Shown here: piece by piece, positions 1 to 9,222 of the stretch | Layout: every line of letters starts with the position of its first letter | Numbering within the stretch: position 1 is the first letter of the stretch | Source of the DNA: a virus | Reading direction: 5' to 3' (one strand) | Virus record (IMG/VR): IMGVR_UViG_3300046536_000173 | Span: 1 to 64,000 of that record | DNA: 64,000 bases | Notes under the pieces: model-generated | Seen by the model: the letters and a program-made list of their open reading frames with translations, nothing else | Databases searched by the model: none | What the model was told of the DNA's origin: nothing | Program-made: the position numbers and the translations under genes

Positions 1-213
1 GAGGGCGAGCTTCCGCAAGCGCTCCAGCTTGAACCCGCCCGCGAGTATTGCGTGATCATGTGCGCCGACCTCGACGAATGGGAACGCCTCAAAGTCGCGC
101 TGTCGCTCACACCCGTCCGCCGAGGCGGATACAAGCGGGGATCTGTGCTCGACGACGTGAGCACGCAACGCGTCGTGACCGCCGCCGCCGTCCTGAAGCT
201 GATCGAGGGGTAA
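1..213 (+). CDS. 3' end of ParB/Srx N-terminal-domain protein (partial)
   Basis: Same C-terminus as 41945-42586 (EGELPQALQLEPAREYC...KLIEG). Confidence 0.85.
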   Translation, partial: EGELPQALQLEPAREYCVIMCADLDEWERLKVALSLTPVRRGGYKRGSVLDDVSTQRVVTAAAVLKLIEG

Positions 214-216
214 GAC

Positions 217-462
217 ATGTCCGACCAGCCGCAACCACAGATGATTGACAGCACCGCCGACCCGCGCACCGTCAACAACGTGGTGCGCCACGAATACCGC
301 GTGCTGACCGATGCCGAAAAAGACCACATGCGCGCGATCAAAGACCTGGGGCTTGCCTTCATTGAGCAATGCGACGCGATCGGATCGAGCCGCGAACTGG
401 CACTGGCGAAAACGAACGCCGAGATGGCGGTGATGTGGGCCGTGAAACACGTCACGAGATAA
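217..462 (+). CDS. Acb2/Tad1-like helical-hairpin nucleotide-sponge protein (anti-CBASS/Thoeris candidate)
   Basis: YRVLTDAEKDHMRAIKDLG resembles Acb2 YRDLSQEEIDMMNRVKELG; SRELALAKTNAEMAVMWA resembles Tad1 SRENACALTHVEEALMW. Confidence 0.7.
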   Translation: MSDQPQPQMIDSTADPRTVNNVVRHEYRVLTDAEKDHMRAIKDLGLAFIEQCDAIGSSRELALAKTNAEMAVMWAVKHVTR

Positions 463-465
463 GCC

Positions 466-651
466 ATGCAAGAGCGCGCGATCGTTTACTTCGTCGTCGC
501 ATGGCTCGCGTGCTGGTTGATCGATCTCGTGATCATCGTCGCGCGCGGCCCCGTGCTGATCGACCCGATCCTGAAGCTCGTGGTCGTGCTCGTGTGCCTG
601 ATCATCGTCCTGGTCGGCCTCGCGCGGCACGGATGGTTGCTGACCGGATGA
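466..651 (+). CDS. Small two-TM membrane protein (copy 1 only)
   Basis: Two hydrophobic stretches; ATGA overlap with next gene. Confidence 0.7.
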   Translation: MQERAIVYFVVAWLACWLIDLVIIVARGPVLIDPILKLVVVLVCLIIVLVGLARHGWLLTG

Positions 652-1397
652 CGAAGCCGAAGCGCCGCGCCTCCTCGATCCATGTCGCCGTGCCCTCGAA
701 GGGCAGGGCTGGCAGGGTCCGCACGCAAGCCGTGATCCCGTCGTGTCACGTCTATGTCCCCGCGCTCGAAGCCGCCTCCTACGGTGCGGCGGGCGCCCGC
801 AACGTGGTTCCCGTGCCTGACACCGTGCGCGGCATCACCGCGACGCGAAACTTCATCCTCGACAACGCGCCCTCGACGCGCGTCGTGATGATCGACGACG
901 ACGTGAAAACGCAGGGGTGGACGCATCTCCTCCCGCGCTCCGCGCACAAGCTCCATCTCGACGAAGCGACGTGGCTCGCCGAATTCCGCAAGCTGTTCGA
1001 GGTGACCGAGAGTCTCGACTTTCGGATATGGGGAGTGGCGACGGAAAGCGCGACGCGCTCGTGTTACCCGTGGGCGCCCTTCCGCTGGCGAGCCTACGTC
1101 ACCGCGTCGTGCATGGGGATCGTCAACGACGACCGCGCGCCCCGCTTCGACGAAGCCTATCCCGTGAAAGAGGATTACGAGCTGTGCGCCCGGTGCATCC
1201 GCGACGACGGCGGGGTCGTTGCGGCGCAGTATCTATTCTGGGAGAAAGCGCACTGGCACGACAAGGGCGGATGTCACGACTATCGCACGCAAGCGATGGA
1301 GCGCGACGCGATCCGCCGCCTTTGCAAGACCTATCCGGGCCTCGTGCGCGCCGTCGAGCGCGCGTCGAACGCCTGGGCAATCGAGATCGGAAGCTGA
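648..1397 (+). CDS. TET-associated/GREB1-like GT-A glycosyltransferase (TAGT family), putative DNA base modifier
   Basis: VAVPSKGRA, GITATRNFILD, MIDDDV, KEDYEL and GGC motifs; ATG at 648. Confidence 0.75.
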   Translation: MTKPKRRASSIHVAVPSKGRAGRVRTQAVIPSCHVYVPALEAASYGAAGARNVVPVPDTVRGITATRNFILDNAPSTRVVMIDDDVKTQGWTHLLPRSAHKLHLDEATWLAEFRKLFEVTESLDFRIWGVATESATRSCYPWAPFRWRAYVTASCMGIVNDDRAPRFDEAYPVKEDYELCARCIRDDGGVVAAQYLFWEKAHWHDKGGCHDYRTQAMERDAIRRLCKTYPGLVRAVERASNAWAIEIGS

Positions 1398-1398
1398 C

Positions 1399-1560
1399 AT
1401 GAGCGACGACCGCGAGCGCTTGCTTCTGAAACTGGTCGAGGCGGTGCAAGACCTCGCGGGAGCGATCCTCGACCATGTGTCGCCCGCCGACCGCACGACG
1501 ATCGCCGACGTGCAGGCGAGACTTGCCGAGATGCGTCGCGAGTATCGGGGCGGCGCCTGA
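1399..1560 (+). CDS. Small helical hypothetical protein (copy 1 only)
   Basis: MSDDRERLLLKL...; TGATG coupling to terS. Confidence 0.65.
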   Translation: MSDDRERLLLKLVEAVQDLAGAILDHVSPADRTTIADVQARLAEMRREYRGGA

Positions 1561-2072
1561 TGGGCCGACGCCCGAAGCCGACCGCCTTGCACAAGCTCCA
1601 CGGAACCCACAACGCGACGAAGCACGGTCGCGACCGCGAGGGCGAGCCGATCCCGCTGGGCGACCTGGAGGAGCCGCCGCACGACCTGACCGAGAGTCAG
1701 GAAGCCGCGTGGCGCTACGCCGTCCAGAACATGCCGAAGGGCGTCGTCAAGCTGGTCGATCGTGGCATCCTGAAGGTCTGGGTCGAAGCGGAGGATCGCC
1801 ACAACACCGCGCGCATGATGCAAGCCATGCTCGACCAGGACACGAAGCTAAAGCTCCTGGTCAAAGGCCCGAACGGGCTGGAGCCTTCGCCCTACAACTT
1901 CATCCTCGACAAGTGCGCGCAAACCATGTTCCGCGCCGCGCAGGAACTTGGCTTCTCGCCCGCCGCGCGCCCCCGCCTGAAGCTCTACGCGCAGCAACCC
2001 GACAAGCCCGCCGCCGACGTGCGCGCCGACCCGTGGGCCATGCTGCAGGTCATCCCCGGTGGCAAGGCGTAA
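1560..2072 (+). CDS. terS: Terminase small subunit, P27 family
   Basis: MGRRPKPTALHKLHG N-terminus, ELGFSPAAR C-terminal motif; upstream of terL. Confidence 0.92.
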   Translation: MGRRPKPTALHKLHGTHNATKHGRDREGEPIPLGDLEEPPHDLTESQEAAWRYAVQNMPKGVVKLVDRGILKVWVEAEDRHNTARMMQAMLDQDTKLKLLVKGPNGLEPSPYNFILDKCAQTMFRAAQELGFSPAARPRLKLYAQQPDKPAADVRADPWAMLQVIPGGKA

Positions 2073-3801
2073 GCCTCCCGCGCCTCCTGCTCCCGGCGAT
2101 GATCCGCGCCGCTTCGTGCGCGACGCGCTCGACTACGCGAAACGCACCGCCGACGACCCGACCGCCGCCTCGACCCATGCCCGCGCCGCGTGCGAGCGCT
2201 TCGTCCGCGACCATGCCGAAGCCCAAAAGAAGGACTCGCGCTGGTCATTTGACGACACCGCCGCGATCCGCGCGATGGTGTTCGCGACTCAAATGCCGAA
2301 CATCAAAGGCCCGGAAGCGAACAAGCCGATCCGCCTGATGGACTGGCAGAAGTTCGCATATAGCAACATCTTCGGGTTTATGGAGCGTGGCACGACGACC
2401 CGCCGCTTCCGACAGGCGGGCATCTTCGTGCCGAAGGGTAACGGCAAAACAACGATCTCCGCGCCGCTCGCGATGTATATGACCTTCGGCGAGGGCGAGG
2501 GTGGAGCGGAAGGCTACGCCGCCGCCGTCACAAGAGATCAGGCCCGCATCCTGTTCGACACCGCCTCGCACATGGTTCGCCGATCGCCCGACATGCAACG
2601 CGCCTGGGGCGTCGGCGTGCTGACAAACTCGATCTTCCAGGAACGCACCGCCTCGCGCTTCATCCCGATCTCCTCCGACGCGAAAGCGCTCGACGGCCTC
2701 AACGTCGCCGTCGCCGTGTGCGATGAAATCGGATCGCACCGCACGAGCGAGGTTTACGATGCGCTGATCACCGCGATGGGCAAGCGTCATCAGCCGTTCC
2801 TCCTGTCGATCTCGACCGCGACATCGAACACGTCGGGCATCGGGCGACAGGTCTGGGACTACGTGCTCCGCGTCGTGCAAGGCGGACAAGAGGACGAACG
2901 CCTGTTCGGTGTGATCTACTCGATCGACGACGCCGACGACCCGTGGGACGAAGCGACCTGGGTCAAAGCGAATCCAGGTTGGGGCCATAGCGTCCAGCCC
3001 GACGCGATCCGCGCGATCATGCGGCAGGCGCGCAACAATCCCGCGCAAGAGATGTCCGCCCGGACGCGACACCTCAACATCTGGGTCGGTGCCGACGAAG
3101 CGCTGTTTTCGACGCGCGCGTGGAACGCGTGTGGCGATCCCTCGCTCCAGATCGACGCCTTCGAGGGCCGCGACTGTTACATTGGCGTCGATCTCGCTTC
3201 GCGCGCCGACCTCGCCGCCGTCGTCGCGGTGTTCCCGGAGCGGATCACCGTCGAGGATCGCGACGCGCTGATGTTCACGGTGTTTTCGCGCTGTTACCTC
3301 AACGAAGCGGCGGTGATGGAAGCGCGCAACCCGTCCTATCCGGGGTGGGCCGCGAACAACGAACTGATCATCACGCAGGGCAACGAAACCGACTTTCACA
3401 CGATCGAGTCCGACATCCTCGACATGTGCCAGCGCTTCCGCGTGTGCTCGCTCGCCTTCGACCCTTACAACGCGGTCCACATGGCGCAACGCCTCACCGC
3501 GCGCGGTGTGCCGTGCCGCGAATTCCGATCGAACGCGCTGAACTTCAGTCCCGCGACGCGCGAACTCGAAGCCGCGATCCGGGGCGGTCGCATTCAACAC
3601 GACATGAACGGCCCGCTGGGCTGGTGCATCGGAAACGTCGTCGGCCACACCGACGCGCGGGACAACGTGTATCCGCGCAAAGCGCGCCCGGAGAACAAGA
3701 TCGACGCCGCGATCGCGCTGATCATGGCGATCGCGCAAGCGACCGATCAGGTCGATGCGTCGTCGGTTTACGAGACAAGGGGACTTCTGACCCTTGGCTA
3801 A
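2059..3801 (+). CDS. terL: Terminase large subunit (cos type)
   Basis: Walker A VPKGNGKT, Walker B VCDE, ISTA, KANPG, GVDLA, KIDAAIALIMA. Confidence 0.97.
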   Translation: MARRKPPAPPAPGDDPRRFVRDALDYAKRTADDPTAASTHARAACERFVRDHAEAQKKDSRWSFDDTAAIRAMVFATQMPNIKGPEANKPIRLMDWQKFAYSNIFGFMERGTTTRRFRQAGIFVPKGNGKTTISAPLAMYMTFGEGEGGAEGYAAAVTRDQARILFDTASHMVRRSPDMQRAWGVGVLTNSIFQERTASRFIPISSDAKALDGLNVAVAVCDEIGSHRTSEVYDALITAMGKRHQPFLLSISTATSNTSGIGRQVWDYVLRVVQGGQEDERLFGVIYSIDDADDPWDEATWVKANPGWGHSVQPDAIRAIMRQARNNPAQEMSARTRHLNIWVGADEALFSTRAWNACGDPSLQIDAFEGRDCYIGVDLASRADLAAVVAVFPERITVEDRDALMFTVFSRCYLNEAAVMEARNPSYPGWAANNELIITQGNETDFHTIESDILDMCQRFRVCSLAFDPYNAVHMAQRLTARGVPCREFRSNALNFSPATRELEAAIRGGRIQHDMNGPLGWCIGNVVGHTDARDNVYPRKARPENKIDAAIALIMAIAQATDQVDASSVYETRGLLTLG

Positions 3802-3817
3802 CCTGGAGGAGCACGAC

Positions 3818-3925
3818 ATGAGCGACCAGCCGAAGCCCGACGATCCGATCCCCGATCCCCCGCCAGCGCCGCCCGTGCCGCCCGTGCCACCCGTGCCGGG
3901 GCAGAGCGAACAGCCCGCCGCATGA
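3818..3925 (+). CDS. 35-aa proline-rich peptide (copy 1 only)
   Basis: GGAGGAG RBS; MSDQPKPDDPIPDPPPAPPVPPVPPVPG; ATGA overlap with portal. Confidence 0.55.
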   Translation: MSDQPKPDDPIPDPPPAPPVPPVPPVPGQSEQPAA

Positions 3926-5292
3926 GCATCCGCGAGCGCGTGGGCACATGGCTGTTGGGCGGACCTCAACAGCCAGCGACGCGCATCGAGCCGACGATCG
4001 AGACAAAGAACGACGCCGCCGTGACCTCGACGCTGGGCGGCCTGGGATGGCCGCAGCCGATGCTATACGCCGCCCTCGGTGGCTACGCGTCGAACACCGG
4101 AGTCCCGGTGACGCCCTTCACCGCGCTTCAGGCGTCGGCGGTCTACGCTTGCATCCGCATGATCTCGCAAGACATGGCGATGCTGAAGCCCTTCGTCCGC
4201 CGCGCCCTGGTCGGAGGAGGCTACCGCCGCGAGCTTCAACATCCGCTGATGAAGCTGTTCCGCCGTCCGAACCGCTGGCAAACCGGGTTCGAATTCGTTT
4301 CCTACATGATCACGTCGCTTTGCCTCCGTGGCAACGCCTTCGTCGTCATCGAGCGCGACAAGGACGCGAACCCGATCGAGCTGGTCCCGATCGCGCCCGA
4401 TCGATGCTCGATCATGCTGACAGAGGACGGCGAGCTTTGGTATCGCATCAACAGTCGCCGCCTGGGTTACGGGTTGGTCGTGCCGCCAGATGACATGCTT
4501 CATCTCAAAAACATCAGCCTCGACGGATACGTGGGCGCCTCGCCGATCGCGATCGCGCAAGACATCGTGGGCCTCGCGCTCGCGACGCAGCAACACGGCG
4601 GGGTCTTGTTCCGCCAGGGCGGACAAATCGGCGGCGTGATCTCGCATCCCGGCAAGCTGTCGAAGGAAGCATCCGATCGCGTCGGCAATTCGTGGCGCGA
4701 GACGCACGCCGGAGTCCAGAACGCGCACAAGGTCGCGATCCTGGAGGAAGGGATGAAGTTCGACAAAATCGCGATCACCAACGAGGAAGCGCAATTCCTG
4801 GAGACGCGCCGCTTTCAGGTGCTGGAGATCGCCCGCCTGTATGGCGTGCCGCCGCACCGCCTCGGCGAACTCGACAAGGCGACGCTGAACAACATCGAAC
4901 AGCAAAATCAGCAATACGTTGACGGAGCGCTGGCGCCGACCGCGCGCGCGATCGAGCAATTGTTCGATCATCATCTCCTGTTCGACGACGAGCGATCGTT
5001 CCTGGAGTGTAAGTTCGACTTCGACGAGATGACGCGCGGCGACATGAAAACCAGGTTTGAGGCTTACCAGATAGGAACCCTCAACGGCTGGCTGAACCGC
5101 AACGAAGTCCGCGCCCGCGAGAACATGAACCCGATCGAGGATGGTCACGGCGACGACTATCGCGTGCCGCTCAATACCGCCGTCCCGTCCGACAACCTCG
5201 CGCAAGTCACGACCGCGCCCGCCGAGTCCGCGAACGCGCCGGGGGTAGCGCCGACGAAGCCGGAACCCGGAGCGACCGACGATGACGAATGA
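3922..5292 (+). CDS. Portal protein, HK97 family
   Basis: AVYACI, LRGNAF, ILEEGMKF, IARLYGVPPH, NEVRARENMNP. Confidence 0.97.
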   Translation: MSIRERVGTWLLGGPQQPATRIEPTIETKNDAAVTSTLGGLGWPQPMLYAALGGYASNTGVPVTPFTALQASAVYACIRMISQDMAMLKPFVRRALVGGGYRRELQHPLMKLFRRPNRWQTGFEFVSYMITSLCLRGNAFVVIERDKDANPIELVPIAPDRCSIMLTEDGELWYRINSRRLGYGLVVPPDDMLHLKNISLDGYVGASPIAIAQDIVGLALATQQHGGVLFRQGGQIGGVISHPGKLSKEASDRVGNSWRETHAGVQNAHKVAILEEGMKFDKIAITNEEAQFLETRRFQVLEIARLYGVPPHRLGELDKATLNNIEQQNQQYVDGALAPTARAIEQLFDHHLLFDDERSFLECKFDFDEMTRGDMKTRFEAYQIGTLNGWLNRNEVRARENMNPIEDGHGDDYRVPLNTAVPSDNLAQVTTAPAESANAPGVAPTKPEPGATDDDE

Positions 5293-5476
5293 CGACATCG
5301 CGATCGACATCACGAGCGACACGATCCGCCTTTACGGCGTCCGCTACAGCCTCGCCTTGTTTCGCACGCTTGGCGTCGCCTCCGTGGGCGGTGCCGCGTT
5401 TCGGATCGTGCATCGCGAGGGTGAGATGTTGACGCTGGAGACGATCAGCGAGGAGCGCATCGATGCAAATACTTAG
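5282..5476 (+). CDS. Hypothetical protein (copy 1 only)
   Basis: 64-aa ORF overlapping portal and protease; absent in copy 2. Confidence 0.6.
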   Translation: MTNDDIAIDITSDTIRLYGVRYSLALFRTLGVASVGGAAFRIVHREGEMLTLETISEERIDANT

Positions 5477-6158
5477 CGCGACGCAATTCAAGAACCTGAA
5501 CCGTGGCCGCAACGTCACGCGCTCGACGATCGCCGTGCGCAAGCAGATCATCGCCCCCGCCGAAGGTCTGGAGCGCGGCGACGCGCGCGCGCTGCGCTTC
5601 ACGATCTCGACCGCCGATGTCGATCGCGAACAGGACACGATCGCGATCACCGGATGGGACTTGGCGAACTTCAAGCGCAATCCCGTCGTGCTCTGGGGTC
5701 ACGACGCCTCGCGCTTGCCGATCGGACGCGCCTTCGATGTCTCGATCGAGGGCGGCGCGTTGAAAGCCTCCGTCGAATTCATCCCGCTCGACACCCCGGA
5801 GGGCGGCACCTTCGCCGAGTCCGTCTATCGCCTCGCCCGCGCCGGTTTCATCGCCGCGACCTCGGTGGGCTTCCGCCCTCTGAAGTGGGACTACACGCGC
5901 GACGCCGCGCGCGGAGCCGACGACTGGTTTCCGGGGATCGACTTCGAGGAGCAAGAGCTTGTCGAGCTTTCCGTTGTCACCGTGCCCGCGAACCCGGAGG
6001 CGCTGATGGACGCGCCCGCGCCGGGTGAGGGCACGGCAATCGCGTCCGACCTCCCTCCCGTCACGGGCGAGGAGGTGACAGCCTTCAACGAAGAACAAAC
6101 AAGATCACGAGCACGCCGCCGACGCGCGCTCCAACTGGCAATGGCCACGAACGACTGA
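5463..6158 (+). CDS. Prohead protease, HK97 family
   Basis: DREQD, NPVVLWGHD, SVGF, LVELSVVTVPANPEA. Confidence 0.95.
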   Translation: MQILSATQFKNLNRGRNVTRSTIAVRKQIIAPAEGLERGDARALRFTISTADVDREQDTIAITGWDLANFKRNPVVLWGHDASRLPIGRAFDVSIEGGALKASVEFIPLDTPEGGTFAESVYRLARAGFIAATSVGFRPLKWDYTRDAARGADDWFPGIDFEEQELVELSVVTVPANPEALMDAPAPGEGTAIASDLPPVTGEEVTAFNEEQTRSRARRRRALQLAMATND

Positions 6159-6219
6159 ATCGGAACAATCGCGCGACGACGCGGAAGCGCGCGCGCACAT
6201 GCAAAAGGGTAAACATCAA

Positions 6220-7770
6220 ATGGCTGGCTTGTCAGAGAAACATCGCGAACTGAAGCGTCGGCGCGCTGAGATCGTCGAGAAAATGGGCGCGATCGTCAAC
6301 AAAGACACGGACGAAACGCCGATCGACGAAGCTGGATCGACGACCTTCGACGAACTGTCGGCGGCGCTCGCCGCGATCGACCAACGCCTCCAGCGCGTCG
6401 CCGCCGCGATGTCCGCCGCCGCCGAAGGGGCGCAGGACGCGAACGGAGACGGCGAGGGCGACAGCGAAGGCGACGACGACGACAAGGGCCTCGCTCGTGG
6501 TGGTTTCCGTGTCCGCGAAGGAGGAGCGCGCACCGCCGCGCGAGCGAAGCGCGATCCCGACGCGGGCCTGAAGGACAAGCGCGGCATCAAAGCCTCGCGC
6601 TATGTGCTCGGGCTGTTGCACGCGCGCTTCCATCACGTCGGCATGGACAAGGCGGCGGAATTCGTAAGCAACCGCTTCGGCGACGACATCGTGGCCCGCG
6701 CGCTCAACGGCTCCGTGACCGGCGAGGGCGGCGCGCTGATCCCGCAAGACTTCATGGCGGACCTGATCGAGCTTTTACGCGCCTCGACCGCCGTTCGCGG
6801 GGCGAACCCGATGGAAGTCGGAATGCCGATGGGCAACCTGACGATCCCGCGCCTCGCCGGGGGCGCGACCGCCGCGTATCAAAACGAACTCGACGACATC
6901 GGCGTGTCGCAAGAGCGATTCGACGATGTGAACTTCGTCGCGAAAAAGCTCACCGCGATGGTTCCCGTGTCGAACGACCTGATCCGCCGCGCGCCGATCG
7001 GTGTCGAGGAAGTGGTGCGCGACGATCTCGTGCAAACCGTCGCCCGCCGCGAGGATTTGGCGTTCCTCCGTGGCGACGGAACCGACAAGGGTCCGGTGGG
7101 GATGAAGTCGCTTTGCCTCGCCGCGAATAAAATCACGGTGACGGCGATGCCCGCCGTTCCCGCGCCAGGGGATCAGGTGACCGCGATCCTCGCCGGGGTG
7201 TCCGCCGCGATCCTCGCGCTCCAGAACGGCATGTCGAGGATGATCCGCCCGACCTGGATCATGGCCCCGACGATCGCCCGCTTCATCGCGGTCGCCCGCG
7301 ATAACGTCGGCGGGTTTTACTTCAAAGACGAGATGGCGCGCGGAATGCTGGAGGGGTTCCCCGTCAGACTGACGCAGCAAATCCCGACAAACCTCGTGAT
7401 GACGACCTACACGAAGGCGAGCGAAGTCTACTTCGTCGATATGGCGGATTTTGTCATCGCCGACACTTACAACGTCGTCGTCGATGCCTCCGATGTCGCC
7501 GCTTACAACGATGGCGTGTCGATGGTCTCGACCTTTCAGCGCGATCAATCGCTGTTCCGTGTCATCGCGGAGCACGACTGCAACATGCGGCACCTGCAAT
7601 CACTCGCGATTCTGTTGACGCAGGATTGGGCCTTCAGCGGCCTCCCAGGTGCTGTCGGGGCGCCTTACACGACGCAGCCGCTCAATCCAACGTGGTCGCA
7701 AGCCGCCGCCATCAGGCCCGCCGTGCTGACCGGCGCGAACGCACCGCCGACGCTCGCCAACCCCGCCTGA
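6220..7770 (+). CDS. Major capsid protein, HK97 fold with N-terminal delta domain
   Basis: Coiled-coil N-terminus, GGALIP, KKLTAMVPVSNDL, AFLRGDG; start chosen to match copy 2 (MAGLSEK). Confidence 0.96.
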   Translation: MAGLSEKHRELKRRRAEIVEKMGAIVNKDTDETPIDEAGSTTFDELSAALAAIDQRLQRVAAAMSAAAEGAQDANGDGEGDSEGDDDDKGLARGGFRVREGGARTAARAKRDPDAGLKDKRGIKASRYVLGLLHARFHHVGMDKAAEFVSNRFGDDIVARALNGSVTGEGGALIPQDFMADLIELLRASTAVRGANPMEVGMPMGNLTIPRLAGGATAAYQNELDDIGVSQERFDDVNFVAKKLTAMVPVSNDLIRRAPIGVEEVVRDDLVQTVARREDLAFLRGDGTDKGPVGMKSLCLAANKITVTAMPAVPAPGDQVTAILAGVSAAILALQNGMSRMIRPTWIMAPTIARFIAVARDNVGGFYFKDEMARGMLEGFPVRLTQQIPTNLVMTTYTKASEVYFVDMADFVIADTYNVVVDASDVAAYNDGVSMVSTFQRDQSLFRVIAEHDCNMRHLQSLAILLTQDWAFSGLPGAVGAPYTTQPLNPTWSQAAAIRPAVLTGANAPPTLANPA

Positions 7771-7784
7771 ACGGAGAACACACC

Positions 7785-8306
7785 ATGGCGACCGAACCAA
7801 CGACCGACAAAGGGGCGCGGCATGACCGCGCCCCCGACCCTCGATCCCCCGCACCCGAGCAAGCCATGACGGGAGCGCCCGACCGCGACCAGATCGTGAC
7901 CTTCAACACGCAACACCTGTCCTATAACGCGGGCGAGTCCGCCGCCTTCGCGCCCGACGAAGCCGCGCACCTCGCCGACCTCGGCGTGACCGGCGACGCG
8001 CCTCCAGCTGCGGGGGCACCCGTCAACACGGCGATCCCCGCCGTCTCGCAAGCCCTCGACGTGCTGACATGCACGATGGGGACGTGGGACGGCACGCCGA
8101 CCGCCTACGCCTACGCCTGGACGCTCGACGCCGCGCCTGTCGGAGCCGACAGCGCGACGCACACCGTCACGAGCGCCGACGCGGGCAAGTCCGCCGTGTG
8201 CACCGTCACCGCGACGAACGCGACAGGATCGACCGCCGCGCCGCCCTCGGTCGGTGTCGTCGTCACCGATCCCGGCGCGACGCGCAGCGGTCGGAGCCGG
8301 TCATGA
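7785..8306 (+). CDS. Ig-like virion protein (head decoration candidate)
   Basis: PVNTAIP...LTCTMGTW...YAYAW...CTVTATNATGS beta-sandwich pattern directly after capsid gene. Confidence 0.65.
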   Translation: MATEPTTDKGARHDRAPDPRSPAPEQAMTGAPDRDQIVTFNTQHLSYNAGESAAFAPDEAAHLADLGVTGDAPPAAGAPVNTAIPAVSQALDVLTCTMGTWDGTPTAYAYAWTLDAAPVGADSATHTVTSADAGKSAVCTVTATNATGSTAAPPSVGVVVTDPGATRSGRSRS

Positions 8307-8518
8307 GCGACACCGTGGTTCCGGGGACGCTCGTGCACATGCGCGTCGCGCGCCGGTATTCGCACTACACGGTCGGCGAGATGATCGCCGTCCCCTATGA
8401 GGTCGCCCGCGATCTCGACGCGAAGCGCCTCGCCGTGCCGCTGCAATTGTTCGTGCCGGGTGGAGGCGCGGAGGAGGTCGCGCCCCTCCGCCAGCCGACC
8501 GGTGTCGTGCGGAAATAG
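8303..8518 (+). CDS. Small head-associated hypothetical protein
   Basis: Conserved in copy 2 (50670-50882). Confidence 0.7.
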   Translation: MSDTVVPGTLVHMRVARRYSHYTVGEMIAVPYEVARDLDAKRLAVPLQLFVPGGGAEEVAPLRQPTGVVRK

Positions 8519-8523
8519 CGCCG

Positions 8524-9156
8524 ATGTATGGCGGGTTGCGCGTCGTCGAGGCCCCCGCGACGGAGCCGGTGACCGTCGAGCTTGCCCGCCAGCATTGCCG
8601 CATCGACGCGGACTATGACGACGAGCTGGTCGCGCTTTACGTGACCAGCGCGCGCCTGGAGGCGGAAGCCTACCTGAACCGCGCGCTGTTCACGCAACGG
8701 CTGCGATACAACATCACCTGGGCGCCGCCGCCGACCGCGACGCCGCTCGTGCCGCAATCGCTGATCGTTTTCCCGCTCAACTGGCCCCCGCTGGTGAAGC
8801 GTCCGATTGAGCTTCCGCGCGCGCCGGCCATCTCCGTCGAGCAAATCATGTGGGGACCGCTCGACGACATGCGGCTCGCCGACCCAGAGGACTACGATCT
8901 GAACCTCGGCGTCGAGCCGGGGTATATCTCCGTCAAACCGCAATTGCTGCCGCGCATTCCGCAACAGTCGATGGTGATCGACTACACCGCCGGATATGAC
9001 GCCGCCGATCCGCTCGTGATCCCGACGCCGATCCGCATGGCGATCCTGATCGGCACCGCGCACCATTACGAAAACCGGGGCGACGTGTCCGCCGAGATGC
9101 CGCCCGCGTTTTATCGCCTCCTCGATCCCTTCCGCCTCTGGACCTTCAGCGGGTGA
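8524..9156 (+). CDS. Head-tail connector (gp6-like)
   Basis: PATEPVT...HCRID..DD...AEAYLNR; AHHYENR; LLDPFR. Confidence 0.9.
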   Translation: MYGGLRVVEAPATEPVTVELARQHCRIDADYDDELVALYVTSARLEAEAYLNRALFTQRLRYNITWAPPPTATPLVPQSLIVFPLNWPPLVKRPIELPRAPAISVEQIMWGPLDDMRLADPEDYDLNLGVEPGYISVKPQLLPRIPQQSMVIDYTAGYDAADPLVIPTPIRMAILIGTAHHYENRGDVSAEMPPAFYRLLDPFRLWTFSG

Positions 9157-9222
9157 TCCGATCGCCCCGCCGCGCCTTGCCAGGACGGTCAGGGGCGGCT
9201 CCTCGCCGTCGCCGGATGATCC

